Shown piece by piece: positions 1-7,632 of a stretch of DNA of 31,872 nucleotides. The stretch is from the NCBI GenBank assembly GCA_052387135.1, contig JBQTJL010000389.1, forward strand, positions 1 through 31,872, in the 5' to 3' direction. The position numbers were made by a program, and so were the translations under genes. Source of the stretch: Methanobacteriota archaeon (GTDB lineage Archaea > Thermoplasmatota > SW-10-69-26 > JACQPN01 > JBQTJL01). Below the pieces are notes generated by a model. The model made no database searches and was not told the origin of the DNA. It saw only the letters and a list, made by a program, of their open reading frames with translations. Numbering within the stretch: the first letter of the stretch is position 1; each line of letters opens with the position of its first letter.

Positions 1-137
1 GGGGGCGCGCCGGTCCCTGTGCCGCTTGCGGCCCCAGATCTCCCGGGCTTGGGGCCGGCGAGCCCACCCCCCGCCCGCCGGGTTCCCGCGCCCTCCCCGG
101 AAAGCCGGCGGCCGCGGACCTTGACCCCGCCCTTCAT
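1..137 (-). CDS. 5' part of the next trp-operon gene (trpF or trpB expected from gene order), truncated by the window edge
   Basis: ATG at 137-135 overlaps the trpC TGA (ATGA coupling, like the GTGA overlaps at trpE/trpG and trpG/trpD). The frame is open to the edge: MKGGVKVRGRRLSGEGAGTRR. No diagnostic motif is visible. Confidence 0.35.
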   Translation of the reverse strand, partial: MKGGVKVRGRRLSGEGAGTRRAGGGLAGPKPGRSGAASGTGTGAP

Positions 138-907
138 CGAGATACCAACTCCCGGACCTTGGCCGCCGGGTCGGGCGCGCGCATCACGGACGAGCCCACG
201 AGGACCCCGTCCGTGCCCGCGGCGACCATGCGAGCGACGTCGGCCGCCGTCTCGACGCCAGAGAGCGCGAGGACGGGCCGGTCCGGCGATGTCCCGGAGA
301 GGATCCGCTCGGTCTTCGAAAGATCCGTCGCGAGGGTCTCCAAGTCTCGGTTGTTCACGCCGAGGAGGTCCGCCTCCGTGTCGAGGGCGCGCTCATACTC
401 GTCTTCGGACGCGACCTCGAGGAGGACCTCGAGCCGGAAATGCTGGGCGTGCCGGATCGCCTCCTCGAGCGTCGGCCCGGTGAGGCCGCGGTCGAAGGCA
501 CGCTGGATGAGGAGGACGCAGGAGGCGCCGAACCGGCGGCCCGCCTCGATCTGGGACTCGTGGAGCACGATGTCCTTCATCAGCACGGGCGCCCCGGCCT
601 CGCTCGCCGCGAGAAGGTGTTCGAGGCTTCCGTGGAAGTAGTCCGGCTGCGTAAGGACCGAAAGCCCACAGGCGCCCGAGGAGACGAGCGAACGCGCCAG
701 CGCGGTCGGATCGCGGACGTCCCGGAGGTGGCCTTCCTTTGGCGAGCTCGGCTTGATCTCGGCAACGAGCGCGCGCGGCGAGGCGCGCCGGACCGCGGCC
801 GCAAGCGACGGGGCCGGGCCCGGCGGGGCCCCGGGCGGCGCGGCGTCGTAGTAGCCGGACTCGATCCGGTGGAGGATGCCGGGTGCAATACTTCCGAGGA
901 AATCCAT
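134..907 (-). CDS. trpC: Indole-3-glycerol phosphate synthase
   Basis: Motifs AEIKPSSP, LSVLTQPDYFHGS, VLMKDI, LLEV, GVNNRDL, LSGV, VLVGSSVMR; located in the trp operon. Confidence 0.95.
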   Translation of the reverse strand: MDFLGSIAPGILHRIESGYYDAAPPGAPPGPAPSLAAAVRRASPRALVAEIKPSSPKEGHLRDVRDPTALARSLVSSGACGLSVLTQPDYFHGSLEHLLAASEAGAPVLMKDIVLHESQIEAGRRFGASCVLLIQRAFDRGLTGPTLEEAIRHAQHFRLEVLLEVASEDEYERALDTEADLLGVNNRDLETLATDLSKTERILSGTSPDRPVLALSGVETAADVARMVAAGTDGVLVGSSVMRAPDPAAKVRELVSR

Positions 908-909
908 CC

Positions 910-1923
910 CTACACCTTGGAGGCCGCGGAAAGGTACGCGTCGAGGCGGCCCTCGGCCCGGCCCGAATCGATGCTGCCTTCGGCAAGCACGAGGCCCGCC
1001 TTGAGGCTATCGCACCGGCCCGCGACGAAGAAGCCGGCCGCGGCGTTCAGAAGGACGATGTCGCGGCGAGGGCCGGGGACTCCGGACAGGACCTCGCGAA
1101 GGAGGACCGCGGATTCCTTCGGGGCAAGCGGCCCCACGTCGGCCGGTCGCGCGGGCGCGATTCCGAAATCTTGCGGCCGGACGGTCTCGGTCCGGACGCG
1201 GCCCGCGTCGAGCACGCCGAGCGTAGTAGGGCCCACGGTCGAGATCTCGTCGAGGCCGCCCTCGCCGTGCGCGACGACAGCGCGGAGGACGCCGAGGTTC
1301 GCAAGGACCGGCGGAAGGAGATCGACGAGCCGGGGGTCGAAGACGCCGACCACCTGTCCCGTCGCCCCGGCGGGGTTCGTGAGGGGCCCGAGGACGTTGA
1401 ACACGGTCCGGATCCCCATCTCCTTCCGGACGGGAGCGGCGTGCTTCATCGCGGGGTGGAAGCCCGGCGCGAAGCAGAACCCGAAGCCGACCGTCTCGAC
1501 CACGGCCTCGACGCGGGCGGGAGCGAGCGCGAGGTCGACCCCAAGCGCTTCGAGGACGTCCGCCGAGCCGCAGGACCCGGTGACGCTCCGGTTCCCGTGC
1601 TTTACGACCGGGACGCCGCCGCCCGCGAGCACGAACGCGGCGACCGTGCTCACGTTGAACGTCTTCACCGCCGCCCCGCCCGTGCCGCACGTGTCGACGA
1701 TGCGGCCGGCCACCTTCGGCGAGATCTTCGTGCCGGCCTTCCGCATCGCGCGAGCAAAGCCGGTGATCTCCTCGACGGTCTCTCCTTTCATCCGGAGGGC
1801 GACGAGGAAGGCGGCGATCTGCGCAGGGGTCGCCTGCCCGTTGAACACGGCGTCCATCGCGCGCTCCGCTTCCTCGATCGTGAGCGAGCGGCCCTCGACG
1901 AGGCGCGTAAGGACATCCTTCAC
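910..1923 (-). CDS. trpD: Anthranilate phosphoribosyltransferase
   Basis: Motifs DTCGTGG, FNVST, KHGNRSV, GSAD, RTVFNVLGPLTNP, GLDEIS, LNAAA. Start reassigned to GTG 1923, which overlaps the trpG TGA (GTGA); the ORF-track upstream extension is out-of-frame trpG sequence. Confidence 0.95.
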   Translation of the reverse strand: MKDVLTRLVEGRSLTIEEAERAMDAVFNGQATPAQIAAFLVALRMKGETVEEITGFARAMRKAGTKISPKVAGRIVDTCGTGGAAVKTFNVSTVAAFVLAGGGVPVVKHGNRSVTGSCGSADVLEALGVDLALAPARVEAVVETVGFGFCFAPGFHPAMKHAAPVRKEMGIRTVFNVLGPLTNPAGATGQVVGVFDPRLVDLLPPVLANLGVLRAVVAHGEGGLDEISTVGPTTLGVLDAGRVRTETVRPQDFGIAPARPADVGPLAPKESAVLLREVLSGVPGPRRDIVLLNAAAGFFVAGRCDSLKAGLVLAEGSIDSGRAEGRLDAYLSAASKV

Positions 1924-2501
1924 TTGCACCCCTCCACGAAATTCGCAAGGAGGCGCATCCCGTGCTCGGTGAGGATCGATTCGGGGTGGAACTGGACGCC
2001 CTCGATGGGGTAGCGCCGGTGGCGGGCCCCCATGATCTCGCCGTCGTCGGTCCATGCGGTCTTCACGAGGTCCTTGGGAAGCGTCGCTTCCTCCACGATG
2101 AGGCTGTGGTACCGGCCCGCCTCGATCGGGTCGGGGAGACCCCGGAACACGCCCTTGCCGTCGTGGTGCACGAGCGAGGATTTCCCATGCATGAGCCGCG
2201 GCGCGTGCACGACGCGGCCGCCGTAGTAGTGCGCGAAGCCCTGGAGCCCGAGGCAGACGCCGAGCGTCGGCGTCTCGTGGCTCACGGTCGTAAGGACGTC
2301 GGCGCATACCCCGAAGTACTTCCGGTCCGCCGGGTTCCCGGGCCCGGGCGAGATCACGATCCCCTTCGGGCGGAGCGCGCGGATTTTTTCCAGCGTGATC
2401 GCGTCGTTCCGATACACGACGGGGTCGGCGCCGAGCTCGCCCAAGTACTGGACGAGGTTGTACGTGAACGAGTCGTAGTTGTCGAGGACGAGCAGGTTCA
2501 C
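1920..2501 (-). CDS. trpG: Anthranilate synthase component II (class I glutamine amidotransferase)
   Basis: Motifs LDNYDSFTYNL, ISPGPG, GVCLG (catalytic Cys), MHGK, RYHSL, GVQFHPES. The GTG start overlaps the trpE stop. Confidence 0.96.
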   Translation of the reverse strand: MNLLVLDNYDSFTYNLVQYLGELGADPVVYRNDAITLEKIRALRPKGIVISPGPGNPADRKYFGVCADVLTTVSHETPTLGVCLGLQGFAHYYGGRVVHAPRLMHGKSSLVHHDGKGVFRGLPDPIEAGRYHSLIVEEATLPKDLVKTAWTDDGEIMGARHRRYPIEGVQFHPESILTEHGMRLLANFVEGCK

Positions 2502-3916
2502 CGTTTCCCTCCCTCGTCCCTCGTACCTCGTACCTCGTCCCTCGTACCTCGTACCTCGGTCCTCGTCCCCCGTCCCCCGTCCCGGATCCGTTCGAGGACC
2601 GTTACGAGCGCGCGGGCCTTCGCTTGGGTCTCGCCGAACTCGCGGGAGGGCTCGGAGTCCGCGACGATGCCGGCCCCCGCTTGGACTTGGAGCTTGCCGG
2701 CGGACGCGGCGACGGTCCGGATCGTGATCGCGGCGTCCGCGTTCCCGGAGAGCGAGAAGTACCCGACCGACCCCGCGTAGGGCCCGCGGGCGGACGGCTC
2801 AAGATCGTGGATGATCTCCATCGCGCGGACCTTCGGCGCGCCGGTGACGGTGCCCGCGGGGAAGATCGCGTCGTACGCGTCGAACGCGTCGCGGCCGGAG
2901 GCGAGCGTGCCCCGGACGCGGCTCACGATGTGCTGGACGTGGCTGTACTCTTCGACCTTCATGTACTCCGGGACCTCGACCGTGCCGTAGCCCGCGATGC
3001 GGCCGACGTCGTTTCGTGCAAGGTCGACGAGCATCGCGTGCTCCGCGCGCTCCTTCGCGTCGCCCAAGAGCTCGGCGCGGAGCGCGTCGCGCTCAGCCGG
3101 CGAGTCGCCGAGCGGGCGCGTGCCGGCGATCGGATACGTATCGACGGCGCCGCCGTCGACCCGTACGAGCATCTCGGGGGACGTGCCGATGATCTCGCGG
3201 TCGTCGAACTTCAAGAAATACATGTACGGGCTCGGGTTCACCGCAAGGAGCCCACGATAGAACGGAAGCAGATCGCCCTCGAACCGTGCCGAAAGGATCC
3301 GGGCGAGGACCACCTGGAAGATGTCGCCCTCCCGGATGTGGTATTTCGCCTTCTCCACGAGCTTTCCGAACTGCGCCTCGTCGAGGTTCGCGCGAAGCTC
3401 GCCGAACCGGGGAGGCGCCTCGGGGAGCGGGAACATCTGGAGGATCTCCTGCGAGCGGTCCTTCCCGTGCGAGTAGTAGACGACCTTGCCTTGCTCGTGA
3501 AGGTACACGACTCCGTCGAGGAAGAGGCCGTACTCGAGCTCGGGGAACCCGCTCTCGGTCTTCGGGGCCGGGAGCCGTTCGAGCCGGTTCACGTACTCGT
3601 AGCTCGTGTAGCCGACGAGCCCGCCGAGGAACGGGATCCCGGTGGTCCCGTCGTCCGCCCGCGCGTACCGGTCCCGCACTTCGCGAAGCACCGAGGCCGG
3701 CGGCTTCCCTCGCGTTTCGACGTCCGAGCCGTCCACCGTGACGCGTCCGCGGTCGGAGCGGACCCGGACCGCGGGCCCGAAGCCGAGGAAACTGAAGCGG
3801 CAGAACCGTCGCGGCCCCGTGGCGCTCTGGAGAAGGAAGGCGGCGTCGCTCGACTGATACAGACTCTGGAAGAGCGTCAGCGGGTCGAGCGCGGTCCGCA
3901 ATTCCTTGAGTATCAT
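2498..3916 (-). CDS. trpE: Anthranilate synthase component I, with a repeat-derived C-terminal tail
   Basis: Motifs GDIFQVVL, NPSPYM, TSPE, PIAGTRP, KERAEHAMLVDLARND, FPAGTVTGAPK, RGPYAGSVGY, QAGAGIVADS; first gene of the operon. Confidence 0.94.
   Translation of the reverse strand: MILKELRTALDPLTLFQSLYQSSDAAFLLQSATGPRRFCRFSFLGFGPAVRVRSDRGRVTVDGSDVETRGKPPASVLREVRDRYARADDGTTGIPFLGGLVGYTSYEYVNRLERLPAPKTESGFPELEYGLFLDGVVYLHEQGKVVYYSHGKDRSQEILQMFPLPEAPPRFGELRANLDEAQFGKLVEKAKYHIREGDIFQVVLARILSARFEGDLLPFYRGLLAVNPSPYMYFLKFDDREIIGTSPEMLVRVDGGAVDTYPIAGTRPLGDSPAERDALRAELLGDAKERAEHAMLVDLARNDVGRIAGYGTVEVPEYMKVEEYSHVQHIVSRVRGTLASGRDAFDAYDAIFPAGTVTGAPKVRAMEIIHDLEPSARGPYAGSVGYFSLSGNADAAITIRTVAASAGKLQVQAGAGIVADSEPSREFGETQAKARALVTVLERIRDGGRGTRTEVRGTRDEVRGTRDEGGKR
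2512..2581 (+). repeat. Tandem heptamer array (CCTCGTN)x10 inside the trpE 3' end
   Basis: Units cctcgtc, cctcgta, cctcgta, cctcgtc, cctcgta, cctcgta, cctcggt, cctcgtc, ccccgtc, ccccgtc read directly. They encode RGTRTEVRGTRDEVRGTRDE on the minus strand. Confidence 0.92.
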
Positions 3917-3937
3917 CCGGATTCCCTAAGGCGTAAT

Positions 3938-3954
3938 GAACGTTCTAATACTTT
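3938..3954 (-). promoter_or_regulatory. Putative archaeal promoter of the trp operon with an overlapping palindrome
   Basis: AT-rich island. The minus strand reads aaagTATTAGAA about 27-34 nt upstream of the trpE ATG, overlapped by the palindrome GAACGTTC (3938-3945). Confidence 0.5.
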
Positions 3955-3975
3955 GTTGGACATGTTTGGACGTTA

Positions 3976-4017
3976 GACGAGCGCGAGCGCAGGCGCAAGC
4001 GCAGGCGCAAGGGCCGC
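3976..4017 (+). repeat. GCGCAR hexamer array (copy 1) upstream of the peptidase gene
   Basis: gacga-gcgcga-gcgcag-gcgcaa-gcgcag-gcgcaa-gggccgc. Confidence 0.8.
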
Positions 4018-4147
4018 CGGTACGTGAAGAGGGTCCCGGTACTCGAAGCCAGCGCTTTGTCCGCGGCCGCGCTCTTTCCATGAATGTAGGGCAACCCTTT
4101 TGCGGTCGGGGGTCGCGGACGGTGCGGGAGGCCAGAAAGTGCGGCCC

Positions 4148-5422
4148 ATGTTGGTCGGTCGGCGGTCGATCCTGCTCGTGAGCGCGGTTGCCTTCGGAAT
4201 GCTCGCTGTGCCTCCGATGGCGGCGGCTCCGCAGTCCGACGCCGGGGTCCCCGGCGACGCGGGGAACACGTTCGCGACCGGCCGCACCATCGCGCCGAGC
4301 GGGCCCTATTGGGGCACGCTCGACGGATTCCCCAGCGACGCGGACGATTACTACCGGTTCTTCGTCCCGGCGGGCGACTCGGTGAACATCGAGATCCGCG
4401 CGGGACTCGTGACCGGGACTCCGTTCCCCGGCGACGACCACAAGCGGCTCTCGTTCCAGCTTGTGGGCCCGGACGGCGTGCCGCTCGATACGCCGAACAC
4501 GATCAACTCGGACTCGCGCGTGACCCTCGTCTCCGCGCCCGTCTCGGGGACGTACGGGTTCCACGTGACCGACAACCTCGGCATCGGGCACCGGGGCGCC
4601 TACGGATTTTGTTTCGTGCGCTTCGCCGTCCCGTGCCCCGAGTTCGGCACGCGCCCGATCCGGCTCATCGGCGCCCTGCAACACCCGATGGCGGAGATCC
4701 TCCTCGAGGTCCCGCCGCACGGCGACCTCGGGAACGCCGCTGGGCCCACGCGGGACGACTACCTCGCCGCCGCGGTCCGCGGCATCCACCGATGGGAGGC
4801 CGCGATCGATGCCTTTGTCGCCGACCACCCGGACTTCTCCTACCTCTCCGCCCTCAAGATGCACGTCGCGGTCTTCGACGGCCCGGTCCCGGAGCGCGTC
4901 GGCGTCGACATGACCATCCTGTGGATCCCGGCCTCGGGGTCCCAGTTCCGGGGCGTCGCATCGCCCGGGACCGACTACCTCTGGGAGGGCGTCTGTTGGG
5001 AGCCCTTCTCGTGCGGCGTCTATTACGGGAGCGTCGAGCCCCACGCGCACCTTTCGGACGGCCTCGTCGTTCTTTCGCTCCTTGCGAACGCCCCCCGGGC
5101 GGGCCAGCTCGTCCAGGACTACCCGGAAGTGAACGATATCGAGAACGTGGTGATGCACGAGGTCGCGCACGCGTGGGGCCTCGGACATACACAGACTTGG
5201 CACGCCGACACCGGCCCCGACGCGATGAACAGCCCGTACGGCCAGGTCTTCGGCGACGGCGACCCCTTGGGATTCGGCCCCGAGCGGACGGCGGTCTCCT
5301 GCATCTCGAGCGTGGACCTCTACGGCCTTGCGTACATCTTCCGATGGCTCCCGTCGGGCGTGTTCGCGCGGCCGGACGTCCCCGAGGTCACGGCGCCGTT
5401 TGCGTACGAGCTCTACTGCTGA
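4148..5422 (+). CDS. Secreted metzincin (matrixin-like) zinc metallopeptidase with an N-terminal PPC-like beta domain
   Basis: HEVAHAWGLGH (HExxHxxGxxH) followed by the Met-turn DAMNSPY. N-terminal signal MLVGRRSILLVSAVAFG. PPC-like segment GTLDGFPSDADDYYRFFV. Start set at ATG 4148. Confidence 0.85.
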   Translation: MLVGRRSILLVSAVAFGMLAVPPMAAAPQSDAGVPGDAGNTFATGRTIAPSGPYWGTLDGFPSDADDYYRFFVPAGDSVNIEIRAGLVTGTPFPGDDHKRLSFQLVGPDGVPLDTPNTINSDSRVTLVSAPVSGTYGFHVTDNLGIGHRGAYGFCFVRFAVPCPEFGTRPIRLIGALQHPMAEILLEVPPHGDLGNAAGPTRDDYLAAAVRGIHRWEAAIDAFVADHPDFSYLSALKMHVAVFDGPVPERVGVDMTILWIPASGSQFRGVASPGTDYLWEGVCWEPFSCGVYYGSVEPHAHLSDGLVVLSLLANAPRAGQLVQDYPEVNDIENVVMHEVAHAWGLGHTQTWHADTGPDAMNSPYGQVFGDGDPLGFGPERTAVSCISSVDLYGLAYIFRWLPSGVFARPDVPEVTAPFAYELYC

Positions 5423-5444
5423 CGAGCGCAAGCGCAAGGGCCGC
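5421..5444 (+). repeat. GCGCAA hexamer array (copy 2) directly after the peptidase stop
   Basis: gacga-gcgcaa-gcgcaa-gggccgc. It shares gacgagcgc and the exact 13-mer gcgcaagggccgc with 3976-4017. Confidence 0.75.
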
Positions 5445-5461
5445 GGCCCGCCGCGAGCCCG

Positions 5462-6610
5462 CTACCCGATCCGGCCCAAAAGCGCCCGCGCGATGATCAA
5501 CTTGTGGATCTCCTTCGTCCCCTCGTAGAGCTCGGTGATCTTCGCGTCGCGGTGGAACTTCTCGATCCCCATCTCGCGCATGTAGCCGTAGCCCCCGTAG
5601 ATCTGGATCGCCTCGTCGGTGACGCGCACCGCGGTCTCGCCGGCGAACCACTTCGCCATGCTCGAGATCTTCGGATCGGGCTTGCCCGCGTCGATCGCCC
5701 AAGCCGCCTTGTACGTGAGATTCCGCGCGGCCTCGACGCGGGTCGCCATCTCGGCGAGCTTGAACTGGATCCCCTGATGCTCCGCGATCGGGCGGCCGAA
5801 GGTCTTCCGCGCCTTCGCATATTCGATCGCCTTGTCCAGCGACCCTTGCGCGATGCCGACCGCCTGCGCCGCGACCATGATCCGGGTCTGGTTGAAGAAG
5901 TTCATCACGTGGTAGAACCCGTGGCCCTCCTCGCCGACGAGGTTCGCGACCGGCACGTGGACGTCCTTGAACTCGACGTCGGCGGTGTCGGAGGCCCGGA
6001 TCCCCATCTTCCCGTACATCTTCGTCGCGCGGTAGCCCGGGCGGTCCGTCTCGACGAGGATCGTCGAGAACTTCTTGTGGCGCTCCGCGTCCGGGTGCGT
6101 GATACAGGTCGCGACGACGACGTTCGCGATCGTCCCGTTCGTGATGAACGTCTTCGTGCCATTGATGACAAACTCGCCGCTCTTCCGGGCCGCGACGGTC
6201 TGGATGTTCGCTACGTCGGAGCCCGCCTCGGGTTCCGTGATCGCGGCACCCGAGATCGCCTCGCCCTTCACGAACTTCGGGAGCCATTTGTTCTTCAGTT
6301 CCTCGCTCCCCAAGGCCGCGAGGAGCTCGGAACCGAAGGTCGAGGAGCCGATCCCGACCGCGATGCCGCCGTCGATCCGTGAGAGCTCCTCCATCACGAT
6401 CGTGTGGTCGATCACCCCGAGTCCGGCCCCGCCGTACTTCGGGTCGATCGTGATGCCGACGAAGCCGAGGTCGGCGAGCTTCTTGAGGAGCTCCATCGGG
6501 AACTTCTCTTTCTCGTCGCACTCCTCGGACCATTTCGGGAACTCGGTCGTCGCAAATTGCCGCGCCGTGTCCCGGATCTGCTTCTGTTCCGTCGAGAGCG
6601 AGAAGTCCAT
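5462..6610 (-). CDS. Acyl-CoA dehydrogenase (short/branched-chain-like)
   Basis: Motifs AITEPEAGSDV, INGTKTFITNG, GKMGIRAS, VGEEGHGF, RKTFGRPI, QIYGGYGYMRE, ELYEGTKEIH. Confidence 0.95.
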   Translation of the reverse strand: MDFSLSTEQKQIRDTARQFATTEFPKWSEECDEKEKFPMELLKKLADLGFVGITIDPKYGGAGLGVIDHTIVMEELSRIDGGIAVGIGSSTFGSELLAALGSEELKNKWLPKFVKGEAISGAAITEPEAGSDVANIQTVAARKSGEFVINGTKTFITNGTIANVVVATCITHPDAERHKKFSTILVETDRPGYRATKMYGKMGIRASDTADVEFKDVHVPVANLVGEEGHGFYHVMNFFNQTRIMVAAQAVGIAQGSLDKAIEYAKARKTFGRPIAEHQGIQFKLAEMATRVEAARNLTYKAAWAIDAGKPDPKISSMAKWFAGETAVRVTDEAIQIYGGYGYMREMGIEKFHRDAKITELYEGTKEIHKLIIARALLGRIG

Positions 6611-6619
6611 GCCGCTTCT

Positions 6620-6640
6620 AAACGACGTTTCCTTATTAAA
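6620..6640 (-). promoter_or_regulatory. TATA box plus palindromic operator candidate for the acyl-CoA dehydrogenase gene
   Basis: Minus-strand TTTAATAA (6640-6633) lies 22 nt upstream of the ATG. The palindrome AAACG-A-CGTTT (6620-6630) sits between TATA and start. Confidence 0.6.
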
Positions 6641-6654
6641 GGGCTAGGGCGAGT

Positions 6655-7632
6655 CTAGCGCCGCTGCGCAAGAAGCACGCCGAAGAGGATCACGAGGCCG
6701 CCTGCGAGCGCAAGCGGGGCCGGTCGCTCGTCGAGGAGCAGGAACCCCCAGACGACGCCGAAGACGGGGTTGAGGAACACGAACGTCATCGTCTCGGTCG
6801 GTGTCAGGCGGCGGAGCGCGTCGTTGAACCCGACGTAGCCGAAGACCGTCGCCGCAAGCCCGAGGAACAGGATGGCCGCCACGCCGTCGCGCGAAAGCGA
6901 TGCCGCACGCTCGGCCGTTCCCGTGGCGAGGATCGGAAGGATCATCAGGGTCCCGACGAGCGTCGCGGACGCGGTGAACGGGAGGGCCCCGTGCCGCATC
7001 ACGAGCGGCTTGGACAGGACGGACGATAGGCCCCACCCGATCGGCGCAAGCAGCGCGACGAACACCCAGGCGCCATAGGACACGTCGAGGCCGGCGTGCT
7101 CGCCGACGACGAGGAGGACGACGCCCGCCATCGCGAGCGACATCCCGGCGAGGCGCCCGATCGCGAAGCGTTCGCCGAGAACAAGGCCCGAGAAGAGGCC
7201 CGTCCAGAGCGGCCCGGTGGCGACGACGAGCGCCGCGATCCCGGCCGAGATGCGGGTCTCTCCCGCGTTCAACGCGAGGTGGTACCCGCCGACCGACAAG
7301 AACGAGACGAAGAGGAAGGTCGGCCATTCGGCCCTCGCGAGCTTCGGCGCCCCGGCCGCATAGAGCATTACCGCAAGGAACGGCGCCGCGACGAGGAAGC
7401 GAAGCAGCGTGAGGTCGAGCGCGGTCACGTCCCGGAGCGCGACCTTGATCGCGGTGAAGGCTCCGCTCCAGGTGAGCACGACTCCGAGCATCACTAGTTT
7501 CGCTTGGAAATGGCCGGAGATGGGTAGAGATGGACGGATATGGGTCTCCGATTCACCGTCCTTCATTTCCGCCATTTCCGCCTCATATCCCGCTTCATAT
7601 CCCGCTTCATATCCCGCTTCATATCCCGTCAT
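6655..7632 (-). CDS. EamA/DMT family transporter (copy 1) with an N-terminal GYEA repeat extension
   Basis: About 10 hydrophobic segments in two EamA repeats (TWSGAFTAIK, LLRFLVA, IAALVVATGPLW, NPVFGVVWG). ATG 7632 overlaps the upstream EamA stop (ATGA); alternative starts at 7575, 7566 and 7491. Confidence 0.88.
   Translation of the reverse strand: MTGYEAGYEAGYEAGYEAEMAEMKDGESETHIRPSLPISGHFQAKLVMLGVVLTWSGAFTAIKVALRDVTALDLTLLRFLVAAPFLAVMLYAAGAPKLARAEWPTFLFVSFLSVGGYHLALNAGETRISAGIAALVVATGPLWTGLFSGLVLGERFAIGRLAGMSLAMAGVVLLVVGEHAGLDVSYGAWVFVALLAPIGWGLSSVLSKPLVMRHGALPFTASATLVGTLMILPILATGTAERAASLSRDGVAAILFLGLAATVFGYVGFNDALRRLTPTETMTFVFLNPVFGVVWGFLLLDERPAPLALAGGLVILFGVLLAQRR
7583..7630 (+). repeat. 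12-bp tandem repeat (TCATATCCCGCT)x4
   Basis: Three perfect units plus one near-perfect unit. Encodes (GYEA)n in the EamA copy 1 N-terminus; preceded by the 9-bp duplicate catttccgc at 7564-7581. Confidence 0.93.

Noticed and set aside
440-3976. Long plus-strand ORFs over the trp operon (440-1972, 883-2013, 1962-2780, 2624-3976)
   Set aside because: Antisense shadow ORFs typical of very high-GC DNA; the minus strand carries clear Trp enzymes.
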